From an uncultured Gammaproteobacteria bacterium (GTDB lineage: Bacteria > Patescibacteriota > Microgenomatia > Levybacterales > UBA12049), in the NCBI GenBank assembly GCA_964610465.1, contig CAZSWA010000006.1, positions 4,332 through 68,331 of the forward strand: DNA of 64,000 nucleotides, given 5' to 3'. Numbering within the stretch: the first letter of the stretch is position 1; each line of letters begins with the position of its first letter. Shown one piece after another: positions 27,872 to 38,246 of this stretch. Both the position numbers and the translations under genes were made by a program. The notes under the pieces were generated by a model. The model saw only the letters and a list, made by a program, of their open reading frames with translations. It did not search any database and was not told where the DNA came from.

Positions 27872-29494
27872 TTATTCATGTTTGATTTCTTCCTCAGCTT
27901 GTTGTGATAGGCTACCTTTCTTTTTCTTACCAGCTTTTTTTAATGGTAATGTGAAGCAGAAGGTTGAGCCTTTTCCTTCTATACTTTCTACCCATATTTT
28001 TCCACTCAAACGTTTAACAATTTCGCTTGAAATATATAATCCAAGACCAAGTCCAGGATACGTCTCTTTTCCTGGTCCACTTGCTCGAAAAAAACGCTCA
28101 AATACTTTATCTTGCTTATCTTTTGGTATGCCTACTCCAAAGTCTTGAACACAAAGTTTTATGCTTTCTTTTTCTACTGATGACCATATATGTATTTCTT
28201 TTGCATAGGGAGAATATTTTATTGCATTGGAGATGAGGTTATTAAGTACCTGACTAATACGTTCATGATCTGCATAAATAGTTTTGCCTGTTTTGCCTTT
28301 TTTTATCAGTACATGCTTATCTGTTGTTCGTTGCAATTCCTCAACTACCTCATCCACTAATTCATCAAATGAGAATTGCGCACTATTAAACTGCATTTTG
28401 CCTGATTCGATCTTGGTGATATCAAGCAAATCACCAATAAGGTTAGTTAATTTATCTACCTGTGCATCAAGCTTACCAATCAGTTCTGCTGCGTTTTGAT
28501 TCCCTTCTTTGGTGAATCGATGTTTTAACAACTGCGCGAATGATTTGATACTAGTTACTGGCGTTTTTAATTCATGACTTGCAATACCTAAAAACTCATC
28601 TTTTTGACGTTCCAAATGTTTTTCTTGGGTAATATCTCTTGCTATTTTAGAAGCTCCAATAACGTGCCCATCTTTATCTTTAATGGGTGAAACGGTAAGT
28701 GATATATCAATTCTCCTTCCATCCTTTGCCGTTCGAACTGTTTGAAAGTGATCTATACGCTTTCCTTGTCTAAGAGTGGTAAGGATTTCATCTTCTTGAT
28801 ATTGAAGTTCAAGCGGTATAATAGTTCGAATAGATTTACCAATTATCTCGTGTGCTTTATATCCAAAGATTTTTTCTGCACCTTTATTCCAAGTCATGAC
28901 AATACCGTCTAGATTTTTGCTAACAATTGCAACGTCAGATGATTCAACAATTGCTGCTAGTCTAAACTGTTCTTCCTGGGCTTTTAAAAAATATCCATGG
29001 AAGGTAAAAGCAACTTGAGAACCAATAGTATCAATAAATATGCTAAGTTTTTGTGAAAGCTCATAGATTTCATCTGCTGTTAATTTTTTTACCAGCCCTG
29101 TTTCTTCTAGTTTTTTCCATATTGCTTGTTTAAGATAGATCGATCCATTAACTAACTCTTCTATAGTTAGTCCCTTCTTGAGCGCTTCTTCTGCTATTTG
29201 CTTTCCAAACTTTCTTATTTCTTGCGAAGCCTTCTGTATATCTTTTGATTCTAGTGAGTTAGCAACCTTTTGAACAACTTTTATATGTTGTCCTTTAAAC
29301 TTTTTTAAATAGTCATTACGAAGACCTTTACTAGTTAAATACATTTTATGATAATGTGTTGCTTTATCTTCTATTTCCTCAGCATTATCAAGAAGAAATT
29401 GCTTAATCTTTAAAAACTTTGGCTGCAGGATTTTATCTTGAGACTTGCTTTTATCATTTAATTTTTGCATAACAAATATACGATAAAATACCAT
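27872..29494 (-). CDS. Cytoplasmic histidine kinase: N-terminal helical (RsbRD_N-like) domain, PAS, HisKA, HATPase
   Basis: SHELKTP, NAIKY, DFGVG and GLGLG motifs; PAS WNKGAEKIFGY. Confidence 0.92.
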   Translation of the reverse strand: MVFYRIFVMQKLNDKSKSQDKILQPKFLKIKQFLLDNAEEIEDKATHYHKMYLTSKGLRNDYLKKFKGQHIKVVQKVANSLESKDIQKASQEIRKFGKQIAEEALKKGLTIEELVNGSIYLKQAIWKKLEETGLVKKLTADEIYELSQKLSIFIDTIGSQVAFTFHGYFLKAQEEQFRLAAIVESSDVAIVSKNLDGIVMTWNKGAEKIFGYKAHEIIGKSIRTIIPLELQYQEDEILTTLRQGKRIDHFQTVRTAKDGRRIDISLTVSPIKDKDGHVIGASKIARDITQEKHLERQKDEFLGIASHELKTPVTSIKSFAQLLKHRFTKEGNQNAAELIGKLDAQVDKLTNLIGDLLDITKIESGKMQFNSAQFSFDELVDEVVEELQRTTDKHVLIKKGKTGKTIYADHERISQVLNNLISNAIKYSPYAKEIHIWSSVEKESIKLCVQDFGVGIPKDKQDKVFERFFRASGPGKETYPGLGLGLYISSEIVKRLSGKIWVESIEGKGSTFCFTLPLKKAGKKKKGSLSQQAEEEIKHE

Positions 29495-29727
29495 TGATTA
29501 TCGAAAACAAGTTTGATTATACGAAAAACAATGTGAGAATTGTGTAAGATGGGATACTATATTATGCCAGTTAATATTGTTGAACACATTTGAATTTCTT
29601 CGTTGTAAATAATATTGCTGAGTAAATTAAGGCGCTCTAATAGATCAAACACAGATTAAAAAAACGGAGATTGGCTGCGACATTAGAATCTATTTTATGA
29701 GTATTTAAATGTATTTCCTTGTAATTG

Positions 29728-29798
29728 CTGCGGAGCAGGGACTCGAACCCCAATAAACGGATCCAGATTCCGTTGTCCTACCATTAGACGACTCCGCA
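29728..29798 (-). tRNA. tRNA-Gln (CUG), CCA not encoded
   Basis: TGCGGAG/CTCCGCA acceptor, anticodon arm ACGGA-ATCTGGA-TCCGT, GGTTCGAGTCC T-arm. Confidence 0.95.
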
Positions 29799-30016
29799 AT
29801 GTTAACTTTTTTAAATTGTCAAAAACTTTTCCTTGAGTTTTTTCTCCTTCGGAGTTCGTTGTAGCCGCTATATGGCTTGATTTTCAATCACCGTCCCCTT
29901 ACACGACTCCGCACTATTTACCGCTTAATTGTACTAAAATCAGGCTGAAAAAGCGAGAACAGCTATAAAATAACAACTACTTTTCAACAATTGTAATTTT
30001 TGGTATAAGTATATTT

Positions 30017-30199
30017 ATGGCAGTAGAACGTTATCGACCAACGGAGAAACCTAAGAAAAAAACTATTGTTGATCCAGAAAAGCTTATAAAAGAAATGGAC
30101 GAATTAGAAATATTAGGAAAACGAGCACATCGTCTTGGTAGCGTTTCCCGGGATTTCACTCATACAAAACCTCGTCATAAAGCAAATAGAGGTTTTTAA
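30017..30199 (+). CDS. Small basic hypothetical protein
   Basis: 60-aa ORF with a -10-like box just upstream. Confidence 0.5.
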   Translation: MAVERYRPTEKPKKKTIVDPEKLIKEMDELEILGKRAHRLGSVSRDFTHTKPRHKANRGF

Positions 30200-30266
30200 A
30201 CCTTAGCTTCTTATAACCCATGCACTTTCTTTTTGTTTATCTTTATTTGCGTTATACTAATATAGT

Positions 30267-31085
30267 ATGAAGAACACTGTCGCAACAGAGAATATTCTTC
30301 AAATAACCAATCTCACTAAAAAATTCAAAGACTTTACTGCGGTGAATTCTATTTCATTTAATGTAAAAAAGGGAGAGATATTTGCTTTTTTAGGCCCAAA
30401 TGGAGCGGGGAAGTCGACCACAATAAAAATGCTGACAACACTTCTTCTTCCCACATCAGGAGAAATGATAATCAATGGCTACAACCCTGTGCAAGAACAA
30501 GATGAAGTAAGGAAATCATTTGGCATTGTGTTTCAGGATCCAAGTCTTGATGAAGAGCTTACAGCATATGAAAATATGGAATTTCATGGAGTTTTATATA
30601 AAGTACCTAAAGATTTACGAAAAAAAAGAATTCAAGAACTACTTATTATAGTTGATTTATGGGATAGAAAAGACCATTTGGTTAAAACTTTTTCAGGAGG
30701 TATGCGCCGAAGACTGGAAATTGCCAGAGGACTCCTGCATCATCCCAAAATCTTCTTTCTTGATGAACCAACTATTGGTCTTGATCCGCAAACACGAAAT
30801 CAAATGTGGTCATATATTGAAGATTTAAACAAAAAAGAAGGAATAACCGTTTTTTTTACTACGCATTATATGGAAGAAGCAGAACGGGTCGCACAAAGAA
30901 TTGCCATTATTGATAATGGACAAATAATTGCTCAAGGTACAGCAGATATGTTAAAAAAACAAACAAAAACGACCTCTTTGGAAGATGCATTTCTTGCCAT
31001 GACAGGACGCGCAATACGGGAAGAAGGAGCAAGCGCAGCAGAACATATGCGTATGAGCAGACAAATGTTTAGAGGAAGAAGATAA
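30267..31085 (+). CDS. ABC-2 exporter ATPase (DrrA-like)
   Basis: GPNGAGKS, FSGGMRRR and DEPTIGLDP motifs. Confidence 0.95.
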   Translation: MKNTVATENILQITNLTKKFKDFTAVNSISFNVKKGEIFAFLGPNGAGKSTTIKMLTTLLLPTSGEMIINGYNPVQEQDEVRKSFGIVFQDPSLDEELTAYENMEFHGVLYKVPKDLRKKRIQELLIIVDLWDRKDHLVKTFSGGMRRRLEIARGLLHHPKIFFLDEPTIGLDPQTRNQMWSYIEDLNKKEGITVFFTTHYMEEAERVAQRIAIIDNGQIIAQGTADMLKKQTKTTSLEDAFLAMTGRAIREEGASAAEHMRMSRQMFRGRR

Positions 31086-31087
31086 TT

Positions 31088-31831
31088 ATGCAAGCAATTT
31101 ATATATTATGGCTTAGACAACTCAAACGATACATACGTTCCCGTTCTCGAATTATTGGTTCATTGGGACAGCCGGCATTGTTTTTGGTTGCTTTGGGATT
31201 TGGATTTGGTCCAATATTTCAGCGTGCAGGTGGAGGAAACTATATTAACTTTTTGGCTCCTGGCATTATTGCCCAGGGAATTTTGTTTACTGCAATTTTT
31301 TCAGGAATAGAACTCATATGGGATAGACAATTTGGATTTCTCAAAGAGACTCTTGTTGCTCCAGTATCAAGACTTGAAATAATGATAGGCAGAACTCTGG
31401 GGGGGGCCACCATTGCAACACTACAAGGAATTATTGTTTTTGTGTTAACTTTACTTATCGGCTTTCGGCCCTATATTTATTATCTGCCACTGGCAATTAT
31501 TATGATGTTTATTATTTCACTTTTATTCACTGCGCTTGGAACAGCAATTGCTTCTATGCTTGAAGATTTTCAAGGGTTTCAACTCATTATGAACTTTCTT
31601 GTAATGCCTTTGTTTTTTCTTTCCGGTTCGTTATTTCCGTTAACCGTTGCTCCTCAATTTCTTAAAATTATTTCAGATATTGATCCTCTCACCTATGGAG
31701 TTGACGGGTTGCGGGGAACACTTAGTGCTGTGTCACAATTTAGTCTCACTTTGGATATTACAATTTTGGCGGTCTTGACGATTATCCTGCTTTCTCTTGG
31801 AGCATACTTTTTCTCAAAAATTCAAATTTAG
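31088..31831 (+). CDS. ABC-2 permease (DrrB-like)
   Basis: WDRQFGFLKETLVAP, FLSGSLFP and PLTYGVDGLR motifs. Confidence 0.93.
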   Translation: MQAIYILWLRQLKRYIRSRSRIIGSLGQPALFLVALGFGFGPIFQRAGGGNYINFLAPGIIAQGILFTAIFSGIELIWDRQFGFLKETLVAPVSRLEIMIGRTLGGATIATLQGIIVFVLTLLIGFRPYIYYLPLAIIMMFIISLLFTALGTAIASMLEDFQGFQLIMNFLVMPLFFLSGSLFPLTVAPQFLKIISDIDPLTYGVDGLRGTLSAVSQFSLTLDITILAVLTIILLSLGAYFFSKIQI

Positions 31832-31833
31832 TT

Positions 31834-32079
31834 ATGACATTTTTTGTCTATATTCTTGAATGTTCTGATAAAACATATTACATAGGATGTACCAATAATT
31901 TAGAGAAAAGATTTCATGAACACAATGCCTTAAAACGCGGTGCCCGTTATACAAAGATACGAAGACCTGTGATATTAAAATATTCAGAAAAATTTTCTAC
32001 TCTTCGTGATGCTAGAAGAAGGGAAAGTGAAATCAAAAAATGGAAAAGAGTACAAAAAGAAAAATTATGGAAAATATAA
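31834..32079 (+). CDS. GIY-YIG nuclease family protein (UPF0213)
   Basis: VYILECSD..YIG.TNNL..R..EHN; GARYT. Confidence 0.9.
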   Translation: MTFFVYILECSDKTYYIGCTNNLEKRFHEHNALKRGARYTKIRRPVILKYSEKFSTLRDARRRESEIKKWKRVQKEKLWKI

Positions 32080-32121
32080 ATTGACTTTATTTTATATTTT
32101 TATTAGGCTTGATGTATATCA

Positions 32122-32427
32122 ATGAAACTGCCAAAAGAATTAACTACTGTTACTCGACTTTTCAAGACACTTGCGTTTATTCTGTTTATCAGTATGCCAA
32201 TTATTGCCTTCTTTTTGGACAGACAGTATCAACAAACAATAGATATCCAAGCAATGCAACAAAGTGTTTTATATACTCCAACACCTACAATTGAAAATAG
32301 TCAATCATCTTGTACTTCTGATGCTGATTGTCATAATGGTGCACGATGCATGGTAACAGGACCGCTTATCGCCAATCAGACTCCTCATAAAGTCTGTGTT
32401 CCAAGAGGTCAAGCAGTACCACTCTAA
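32122..32427 (+). CDS. Small membrane protein with Cys-rich C-terminal domain
   Basis: One TM followed by CTSDADC..C..C. Confidence 0.6.
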   Translation: MKLPKELTTVTRLFKTLAFILFISMPIIAFFLDRQYQQTIDIQAMQQSVLYTPTPTIENSQSSCTSDADCHNGARCMVTGPLIANQTPHKVCVPRGQAVPL

Positions 32428-32466
32428 AACCTTCCATAGATAATTCATTTCTGTTATACTAAATTA

Positions 32467-32829
32467 ATGCTATTTTTATTGGGACTTATTGTACTTGGAG
32501 TATTGGCTGGAATATTAAGCGGTCTTATAGGCATAGGAGGAGGAGTACTGATTGTTCCATCTCTTATTTTCTTTTTTGGATTTACTCAGAAAATTGCACA
32601 AGGCACAACGCTTGCACTGCTTGTTTTGCCAATTGGAATACTGGCTGCATGGACCTACTACAAACAAGGGTATGTAGACTTTCGAGTTGTTGCACTTATT
32701 ACGTTGGGTTTTATTGTCGGAGGATGGCTTGGTGCGCAATTTGCAACCAGAATTCCCAATGTTTTGTTAGCTAAGCTATTTGGTATCGTGCTTATATTAA
32801 TTGGTTTGAAGATGGTATTTTGGAAGTAA
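32467..32829 (+). CDS. TauE/SafE (TSUP) family half-size permease
   Basis: GLIGIGGGVLIVP and AQGTTL motifs. Confidence 0.88.
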   Translation: MLFLLGLIVLGVLAGILSGLIGIGGGVLIVPSLIFFFGFTQKIAQGTTLALLVLPIGILAAWTYYKQGYVDFRVVALITLGFIVGGWLGAQFATRIPNVLLAKLFGIVLILIGLKMVFWK

Positions 32830-32908
32830 TGCTTTATATAAAAATATTTTCATAATTCCTGTTTGTAATTCTTTTCCTTCTCCATGCTATAATCAATTTG
32901 TTTTTTTC

Positions 32909-33679
32909 ATGAAAAATCAGTTAAGAATTTGTACATGGAATATCCATTTCGGACACGAACTTCCCCTTATTCTCAAAATAATTAAAAAGTCAAAAGATTT
33001 TCAAAACATAGATTTACTTGCATTGCAAGAAACTTCAATACATAACGGCATTGACGATGCTTTGACAATTGCTCAGATACTTGGCAAGGAGTATGACTAT
33101 TTTCAAGTGAATGCACATTTGTTTAAAAAAATTCCACAAGCCAATGCACTTATCTGGAATACCAAAAGAATTATGGTTACAAAAAAAGAAAGTTTTTTTC
33201 TCCCGAAAGTATATCAAGGCAATATCTCACGACTTGAAAAAACGTTTTTCTTGTTTGTTCCGAAACAGCAGCGTAATAGTCTTGTTATTGAAGGAAAATT
33301 TAGTAAGAAAACAATTCGTATATATGTAAGTCATCTTGATGTGTTTGGTTTCGCTCATAAACGCGCACAACTCGCAACGGTTTTTCTGGATGAAAAAATA
33401 CGGGAAGAAGTTGATATGACTTTTATCGCAGGAGATTTTAATACCTTTAAATTTTATAAAAGACCAACCTGGCAATCGCTTGCTGATGATACTGCGCTTT
33501 ATGGATTTAAAGATATTACATCTGATATTATATGGACTTTTTTTCACCCCAAACTTCGGATGAGACAAAAACTTGACGCGATTTTTATAAAACCTCAGAA
33601 TCTTTCTTATACATCATGGAGTCTTGATATACCTGGCTCTGATCATATTCCTGTATTTGCCAATATAAATCTGCCATAG
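32909..33679 (+). CDS. Endonuclease/exonuclease/phosphatase (EEP) family protein
   Basis: TWNI, LQE, GDFN and SDHIP motifs. Confidence 0.9.
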   Translation: MKNQLRICTWNIHFGHELPLILKIIKKSKDFQNIDLLALQETSIHNGIDDALTIAQILGKEYDYFQVNAHLFKKIPQANALIWNTKRIMVTKKESFFLPKVYQGNISRLEKTFFLFVPKQQRNSLVIEGKFSKKTIRIYVSHLDVFGFAHKRAQLATVFLDEKIREEVDMTFIAGDFNTFKFYKRPTWQSLADDTALYGFKDITSDIIWTFFHPKLRMRQKLDAIFIKPQNLSYTSWSLDIPGSDHIPVFANINLP

Positions 33680-33723
33680 TACTGCCCGCTGTTGTTCCGC
33701 ACTTGTCGAATATCTTACGGTTG

Positions 33724-33755
33724 CGGAATCCAGGTTCCGTTTTCACGGGAATGAC
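33724..33755. repeat. REP-like element ending CACGGGAATGAC
   Basis: GGAATCCAG...CGGGAATGAC; the same terminus occurs at 61416-61425. Confidence 0.5.
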
Positions 33756-33762
33756 AAAAAGT

Positions 33763-35277
33763 ATGAAAAAAGAAAAAGGATTACTTATTCTCCATATCGA
33801 TGGGTTAAGCTTTAAAGCATTAGAAAGAGCATTGGAAAAAAACTATATGCCATTCACAAAAAAATTACTACAAAATGAGGAATATGAAATGCTTTCCTAT
33901 CGATGTGGTATTCCATCAACCACTCCATTTGTACAAGCGGGAATTATTTATGGCGACAATCAGGAAATTCCATCTTTTAACTGGTGGGATAAGCAATCAG
34001 GACTAAATGTTCATTTTGGATTGCAGTCAAGTTTTGGTAATGTGGCACATAAATATTTTTCTCATACAAAATCTCTTGCAGGATATGGAGCATGCATTGG
34101 GACATGCTTCCCCGGGAAAGCAAAAGAAACATTTGCACTTGCATATAGACGCCGTATCGCTGATGGAAGTTCGAAAACAATGAGAAGAGCACTTTTGTTT
34201 CATTGGATACGAAATCCGTTTCATATTATCGATTGGCTTTACAATTGTAGCTTGGTGTTGTTGAAGTTATTCATAGAAGTGATTTTTGCAACTTTTCAAG
34301 GCAGAAAAATTCCGCTTAAATATCTTGCCGGGAATCTTATGAACGAGTTTTTTTTACATCACTTAACCCGTTATGCAACTATGCTTGCAATGAAAAATAA
34401 TTATCCTGTTATTTACGCAGCGTTTTATGCATATGATGAAGTATCACATGCATTTGGACCTGAAGATCCATTTACAGAAAAAACACTTTTTCAAGTTGAT
34501 AAGACAATTCAATACCTAACAAAAAGAAGAACAGCTGAAGGATATTTGCCGAACAAACTGCTACTTTTTTTTGGACTTAAACCTAGATTTACACAAAGAG
34601 AGTATGAAGTCATAGTGCTTTCAGATCACGGACAAATACCAACGGTAAATTTCAAAACAAAAAATGGAAAACAAGTACATGAAATTATCGGTGAGTTTTT
34701 GCCAAATTATATTATTACAGACAAAACCGGAACAACCCACAAAAATAATGATAGATTCGATGGACATATTTTTATCACCTATTCTGGAGGATTAGCACAT
34801 CTTTATTTTACTGATATTTCCTGGCGTTTAAAATATAAGGAGATTCAGAAATATTTCCCAAAACTCCTGAGTAATATTCTTACTATAAAAGAAATAGAAG
34901 GAGTAATGATGAAAAATGAAAAAGGTATAGTGTTTCTTACCAAAAATAAAAAGTTTTACATCACAAAAAAACTTACAAAAGAGACAAAACAATTTTTGCA
35001 AAAATTTGATAATCCAGAAATTCTTGCAAAGCAATTACAGTTTTTAAATTCTTTTGAGAGAGCAGGAGATATTATCTTGTTTGGGAAATATGATAAGAAT
35101 ACGCAAATTAATTTTGAAGTACAATCAGGAGGACATGGTGGAATTGGAGGAGAACAAATGTTTCCATTTATTCTTGCAAGAAAACAGTGGAAAATTCCAG
35201 ACACTTCAATAGAAAGTGCTGTTGAAATGCACAAAGTACTCAAGATAATTAGAGAAAAACTTGTTAGTAAGAGATAA
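33763..35277 (+). CDS. Alkaline phosphatase superfamily (phosphodiesterase-like) protein
   Basis: HIDGL, PSTTP, YDEVSH, SDHGQ and HGGIGG motifs; start uncertain. Confidence 0.85.
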   Translation: MKKEKGLLILHIDGLSFKALERALEKNYMPFTKKLLQNEEYEMLSYRCGIPSTTPFVQAGIIYGDNQEIPSFNWWDKQSGLNVHFGLQSSFGNVAHKYFSHTKSLAGYGACIGTCFPGKAKETFALAYRRRIADGSSKTMRRALLFHWIRNPFHIIDWLYNCSLVLLKLFIEVIFATFQGRKIPLKYLAGNLMNEFFLHHLTRYATMLAMKNNYPVIYAAFYAYDEVSHAFGPEDPFTEKTLFQVDKTIQYLTKRRTAEGYLPNKLLLFFGLKPRFTQREYEVIVLSDHGQIPTVNFKTKNGKQVHEIIGEFLPNYIITDKTGTTHKNNDRFDGHIFITYSGGLAHLYFTDISWRLKYKEIQKYFPKLLSNILTIKEIEGVMMKNEKGIVFLTKNKKFYITKKLTKETKQFLQKFDNPEILAKQLQFLNSFERAGDIILFGKYDKNTQINFEVQSGGHGGIGGEQMFPFILARKQWKIPDTSIESAVEMHKVLKIIREKLVSKR

Positions 35278-35281
35278 ATAG

Positions 35282-35809
35282 TTATTTATCTCTATAAATA
35301 TGATATTCAACTATATCTAAAATGTTATCTGACATATTTTGCTTTTTATATTCTGTCTTTGCGATTCCTCCTAACCATTCTGCTATTTTTCTACTTGCAA
35401 TATTCCTTTTATCAACAGGGTATTTTATATACTTGTAATGAATATTATTATCTAACCATTCTTTGATTGCAGTTACTGCTTCTCTGCCATATTTATGACC
35501 ATGAGCAGATTTTTTAATCCAAATGCCAAGCTCAGGCGTATCTGTATTAACTTTATGTGCTCCTCCACCTCCCAAAAATTCCTCAGTATTAATTTTGAGA
35601 ATAGTGACAGTAAGGTCTTCTCCTTTTAGCAATTTTTCTTGTGCAGTTTTAATAAATTGTAATGTATCATTGATATCTCTTGGTGGTTTGGGAAACATGT
35701 AGGTTGTTACTTCAGGTGTAAACTCATGAAATATTTTGTTAGCATATATTTCAGATACTGGTACTAACTCTAATCTCTTAGTTGTAATAGTTACGTTAGT
35801 TAAGTTCAT
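35282..35809 (-). CDS. GNAT acetyltransferase (RimJ/RimL-like)
   Basis: TKRLEL, ELGIWI..HGHKYG.EA and NIASRKIAE motifs. Confidence 0.88.
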   Translation of the reverse strand: MNLTNVTITTKRLELVPVSEIYANKIFHEFTPEVTTYMFPKPPRDINDTLQFIKTAQEKLLKGEDLTVTILKINTEEFLGGGGAHKVNTDTPELGIWIKKSAHGHKYGREAVTAIKEWLDNNIHYKYIKYPVDKRNIASRKIAEWLGGIAKTEYKKQNMSDNILDIVEYHIYRDK

Positions 35810-36079
35810 TCTAAAAAGATTATTATCTCTATCTTACTACTTTTTACAATTTTAAATAGGAAGGTTGATATTCTCGTCCAGGTAGTTCTTCTATCCGAAA
35901 CTGTAATCCTTTTGACTTTATTATATTCTGATAAACCGGGAAGCTGTCATAGCTCATCATCTTTTCTTTGTTCCCAAAATGAAAAGAATTCTCTTGTACC
36001 TTGTATTTCAGCTTTTGTCATTTGAATAGTATAGTAAAAGTAAGATTTTTTTTCAAAAAAAATGTATAATGTTTGTGCT

Positions 36080-36814
36080 ATGGAAATAAAAGATAAAGTT
36101 GTGATTGTGACGGGTGCGTCATCTGGCATAGGGAAAGCAACAGCAGAACTTTTTGCAAAAAAAGGTGCAAAGGTTGCGTTGGTTGCGCGAAGTAACGACA
36201 AACTTGAAGAGCTTGCAAAAAATTTCCCAGGGTCTTTGGTAGTGACAGATGATATGTCAAAAGAAGATGAAGTAAAAGCAATGGTTGCCAAAGTGTATAA
36301 ACATTTTGGCAGAATAGATATTCTAATAAACAATGCAGGTCAAGGGTATGATGCCTTAGTTGAGAAAATTAATAACAAAACATTTCATTATCTTTTTGAT
36401 TTAAACGTAGCAGGTGCTCTTATTGCTATGCAAGAAGTAATTCCAATTATGAGAAAACAAAAAGGAGGAGCAATTGTTAATATCAGTTCCGGTACTGCAC
36501 TTATGTATCTTCCTAAGATGAGTCCATATTCATCTCTCAAAAGAGCGTTGGTTGGAATTAGTTTAACAGCTCGTGAAGAACTAAAAAAAGATACCATCAA
36601 AGTAAGTGTGGTATATCCATATATCACAGAAACTGACTTTGAAAAAAATACCATCAAAGATTCACAAACTACATGGAGCGATGAAGAAGATGATAATTTT
36701 GAATTACCAAAAGGAGACAGTCCGAAATATGTTGCAAAAAAAATTCTTGAGGCAGTAACAAGTGGAGATGCGGAAGTATTTGCGCATGATTGGATGAAAA
36801 ACAGGAGAACATAA
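36080..36814 (+). CDS. Short-chain dehydrogenase/reductase
   Basis: TGASSGIG, NNAG and YSSLK motifs. Confidence 0.95.
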   Translation: MEIKDKVVIVTGASSGIGKATAELFAKKGAKVALVARSNDKLEELAKNFPGSLVVTDDMSKEDEVKAMVAKVYKHFGRIDILINNAGQGYDALVEKINNKTFHYLFDLNVAGALIAMQEVIPIMRKQKGGAIVNISSGTALMYLPKMSPYSSLKRALVGISLTAREELKKDTIKVSVVYPYITETDFEKNTIKDSQTTWSDEEDDNFELPKGDSPKYVAKKILEAVTSGDAEVFAHDWMKNRRT

Positions 36815-36864
36815 ATACCTATAGTATCTTGTTTCTTGCCAAAAGAAACTGTACAATAAAGAGC

Positions 36865-37572
36865 ATGTATCAAACAGATGTCCAAAAGCGCATGCTTGCT
36901 GCATACAATTTATTGACTGATTCTTCTTTCACACATGCTAAACTTGATGAAATAAGAACTCTTATTAAAGATATCAATCCTCGTCTTGATACTACACTTG
37001 AAAAGGTTTCACATGCGTTTTCAGAATATGAAAAAATCTCACAGGGAGAAATAATTGAACTAACAGCTGAACATTTACCCGAACAAACTGAAGAAGAAAA
37101 GAAACGCAAAAAGAAATTCTTATTTTTGTTCCAATCACTCAAAGATTTGCAGGGTGAAATAAAACGAGTGCAAAATGAATTAGAAAATAATTCCTCTTAT
37201 CGTTCTCCTCAAGAGCAAGTAAGGCGTTTTGGTAGACTTATTACTGGAGCAAAAGGAGCATTTGGTGTTGTTACCATAATTGCAGTTGCAATTGTTGGGT
37301 TTATGATAATTACCAATATTCATCAAACAAAACCTGCAGAAAAACAAGTGGCGGGAGCTGCAACAGGAAAAACATCGATAAAAGGAATCATTGTAAATGG
37401 CAAAAAAATTCCACTGGGTGCATTATATATTGGTTATGGTCCTGATTGTGATAGTCCACATTACCATGCTATAAATGAGAAAGCCCAAGCACTCGATGGA
37501 AGTATCGTGCAAGATCCTGGCGGATGCGGATTTGGAAGAGTCAAAGATGTAGCAGTTGTAGATATCCAATAA
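36865..37572 (+). CDS. Hypothetical protein with coiled coil, TM and small Cys/His C-terminal domain
   Basis: ORF with TACAAT just upstream of the ATG at 36865. Confidence 0.7.
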   Translation: MYQTDVQKRMLAAYNLLTDSSFTHAKLDEIRTLIKDINPRLDTTLEKVSHAFSEYEKISQGEIIELTAEHLPEQTEEEKKRKKKFLFLFQSLKDLQGEIKRVQNELENNSSYRSPQEQVRRFGRLITGAKGAFGVVTIIAVAIVGFMIITNIHQTKPAEKQVAGAATGKTSIKGIIVNGKKIPLGALYIGYGPDCDSPHYHAINEKAQALDGSIVQDPGGCGFGRVKDVAVVDIQ

Positions 37573-37617
37573 ACACCATTAATCTATTTGATTTTTAAAT
37601 TATTCTAATCATAGCTT

Positions 37618-38229
37618 ATGAACACTTATAAAAAAATATATAAACGCGATATAGAATTTCTCTTTGAAATTGGTAGTTTGCGGTTTATTCAACGTACATG
37701 GAAGCGTTTTTTAAATCTTGATGTAGAAAATCTTGCAGAACATCATTTGCGTGTAGTTTGGATTTCATTATATATTGCGAAATATGAGAAAGTAAAAAAT
37801 ACAGACAAAATAATGAAAATGGCATTACTTCATGATATCGCAGAAAGTAGGACTGGAGATGCTGACTATATTTCACGACAATATGTAACGAGAATGGAAG
37901 ATGTAGGAATTCATGATATGCTGGAAAATACAGCTCTTAAGGAAGAGTTTTTACAACTTTGGGAGGAGTATGAAAAAAAAGAGTCAATTGAAGCAAAAAT
38001 TGTCAAAGATGCAGATAATTTAGATGTTGATTTTGAAATAAAAGAACTTGAATCAAAAGGAAATCGTATAGTTGATGGGTGGAAGGAAAATAGAAAATTT
38101 ATAGCAGAAAATAAACTCTATACCGAAACGGCAAAACACATATGGAGTGAATTACAATCTGCAAATCCTCATAACTGGCATTATAAAGGAAGAAACCGTT
38201 TTAATAGTGGAGACCTAAAAAAGAAATAA
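37618..38229 (+). CDS. HD-domain hydrolase (YfbR/HDDC2-like)
   Basis: ENLAEH, LHDIAESRTGD and VKDADNLD motifs. Confidence 0.88.
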   Translation: MNTYKKIYKRDIEFLFEIGSLRFIQRTWKRFLNLDVENLAEHHLRVVWISLYIAKYEKVKNTDKIMKMALLHDIAESRTGDADYISRQYVTRMEDVGIHDMLENTALKEEFLQLWEEYEKKESIEAKIVKDADNLDVDFEIKELESKGNRIVDGWKENRKFIAENKLYTETAKHIWSELQSANPHNWHYKGRNRFNSGDLKKK

Positions 38230-38246
38230 TAATCTAAAACCTCAAT

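Noticed and set aside
29728-29745. tRNA-Gln 3' end as the att site of an integrated island
   Set aside because: No duplicate 3' end and no integrase seen in the window.
35862-36021. Two tiny minus-strand ORF pieces upstream of the GNAT gene
   Set aside because: Possibly a deleted gene remnant, but no recognisable family.
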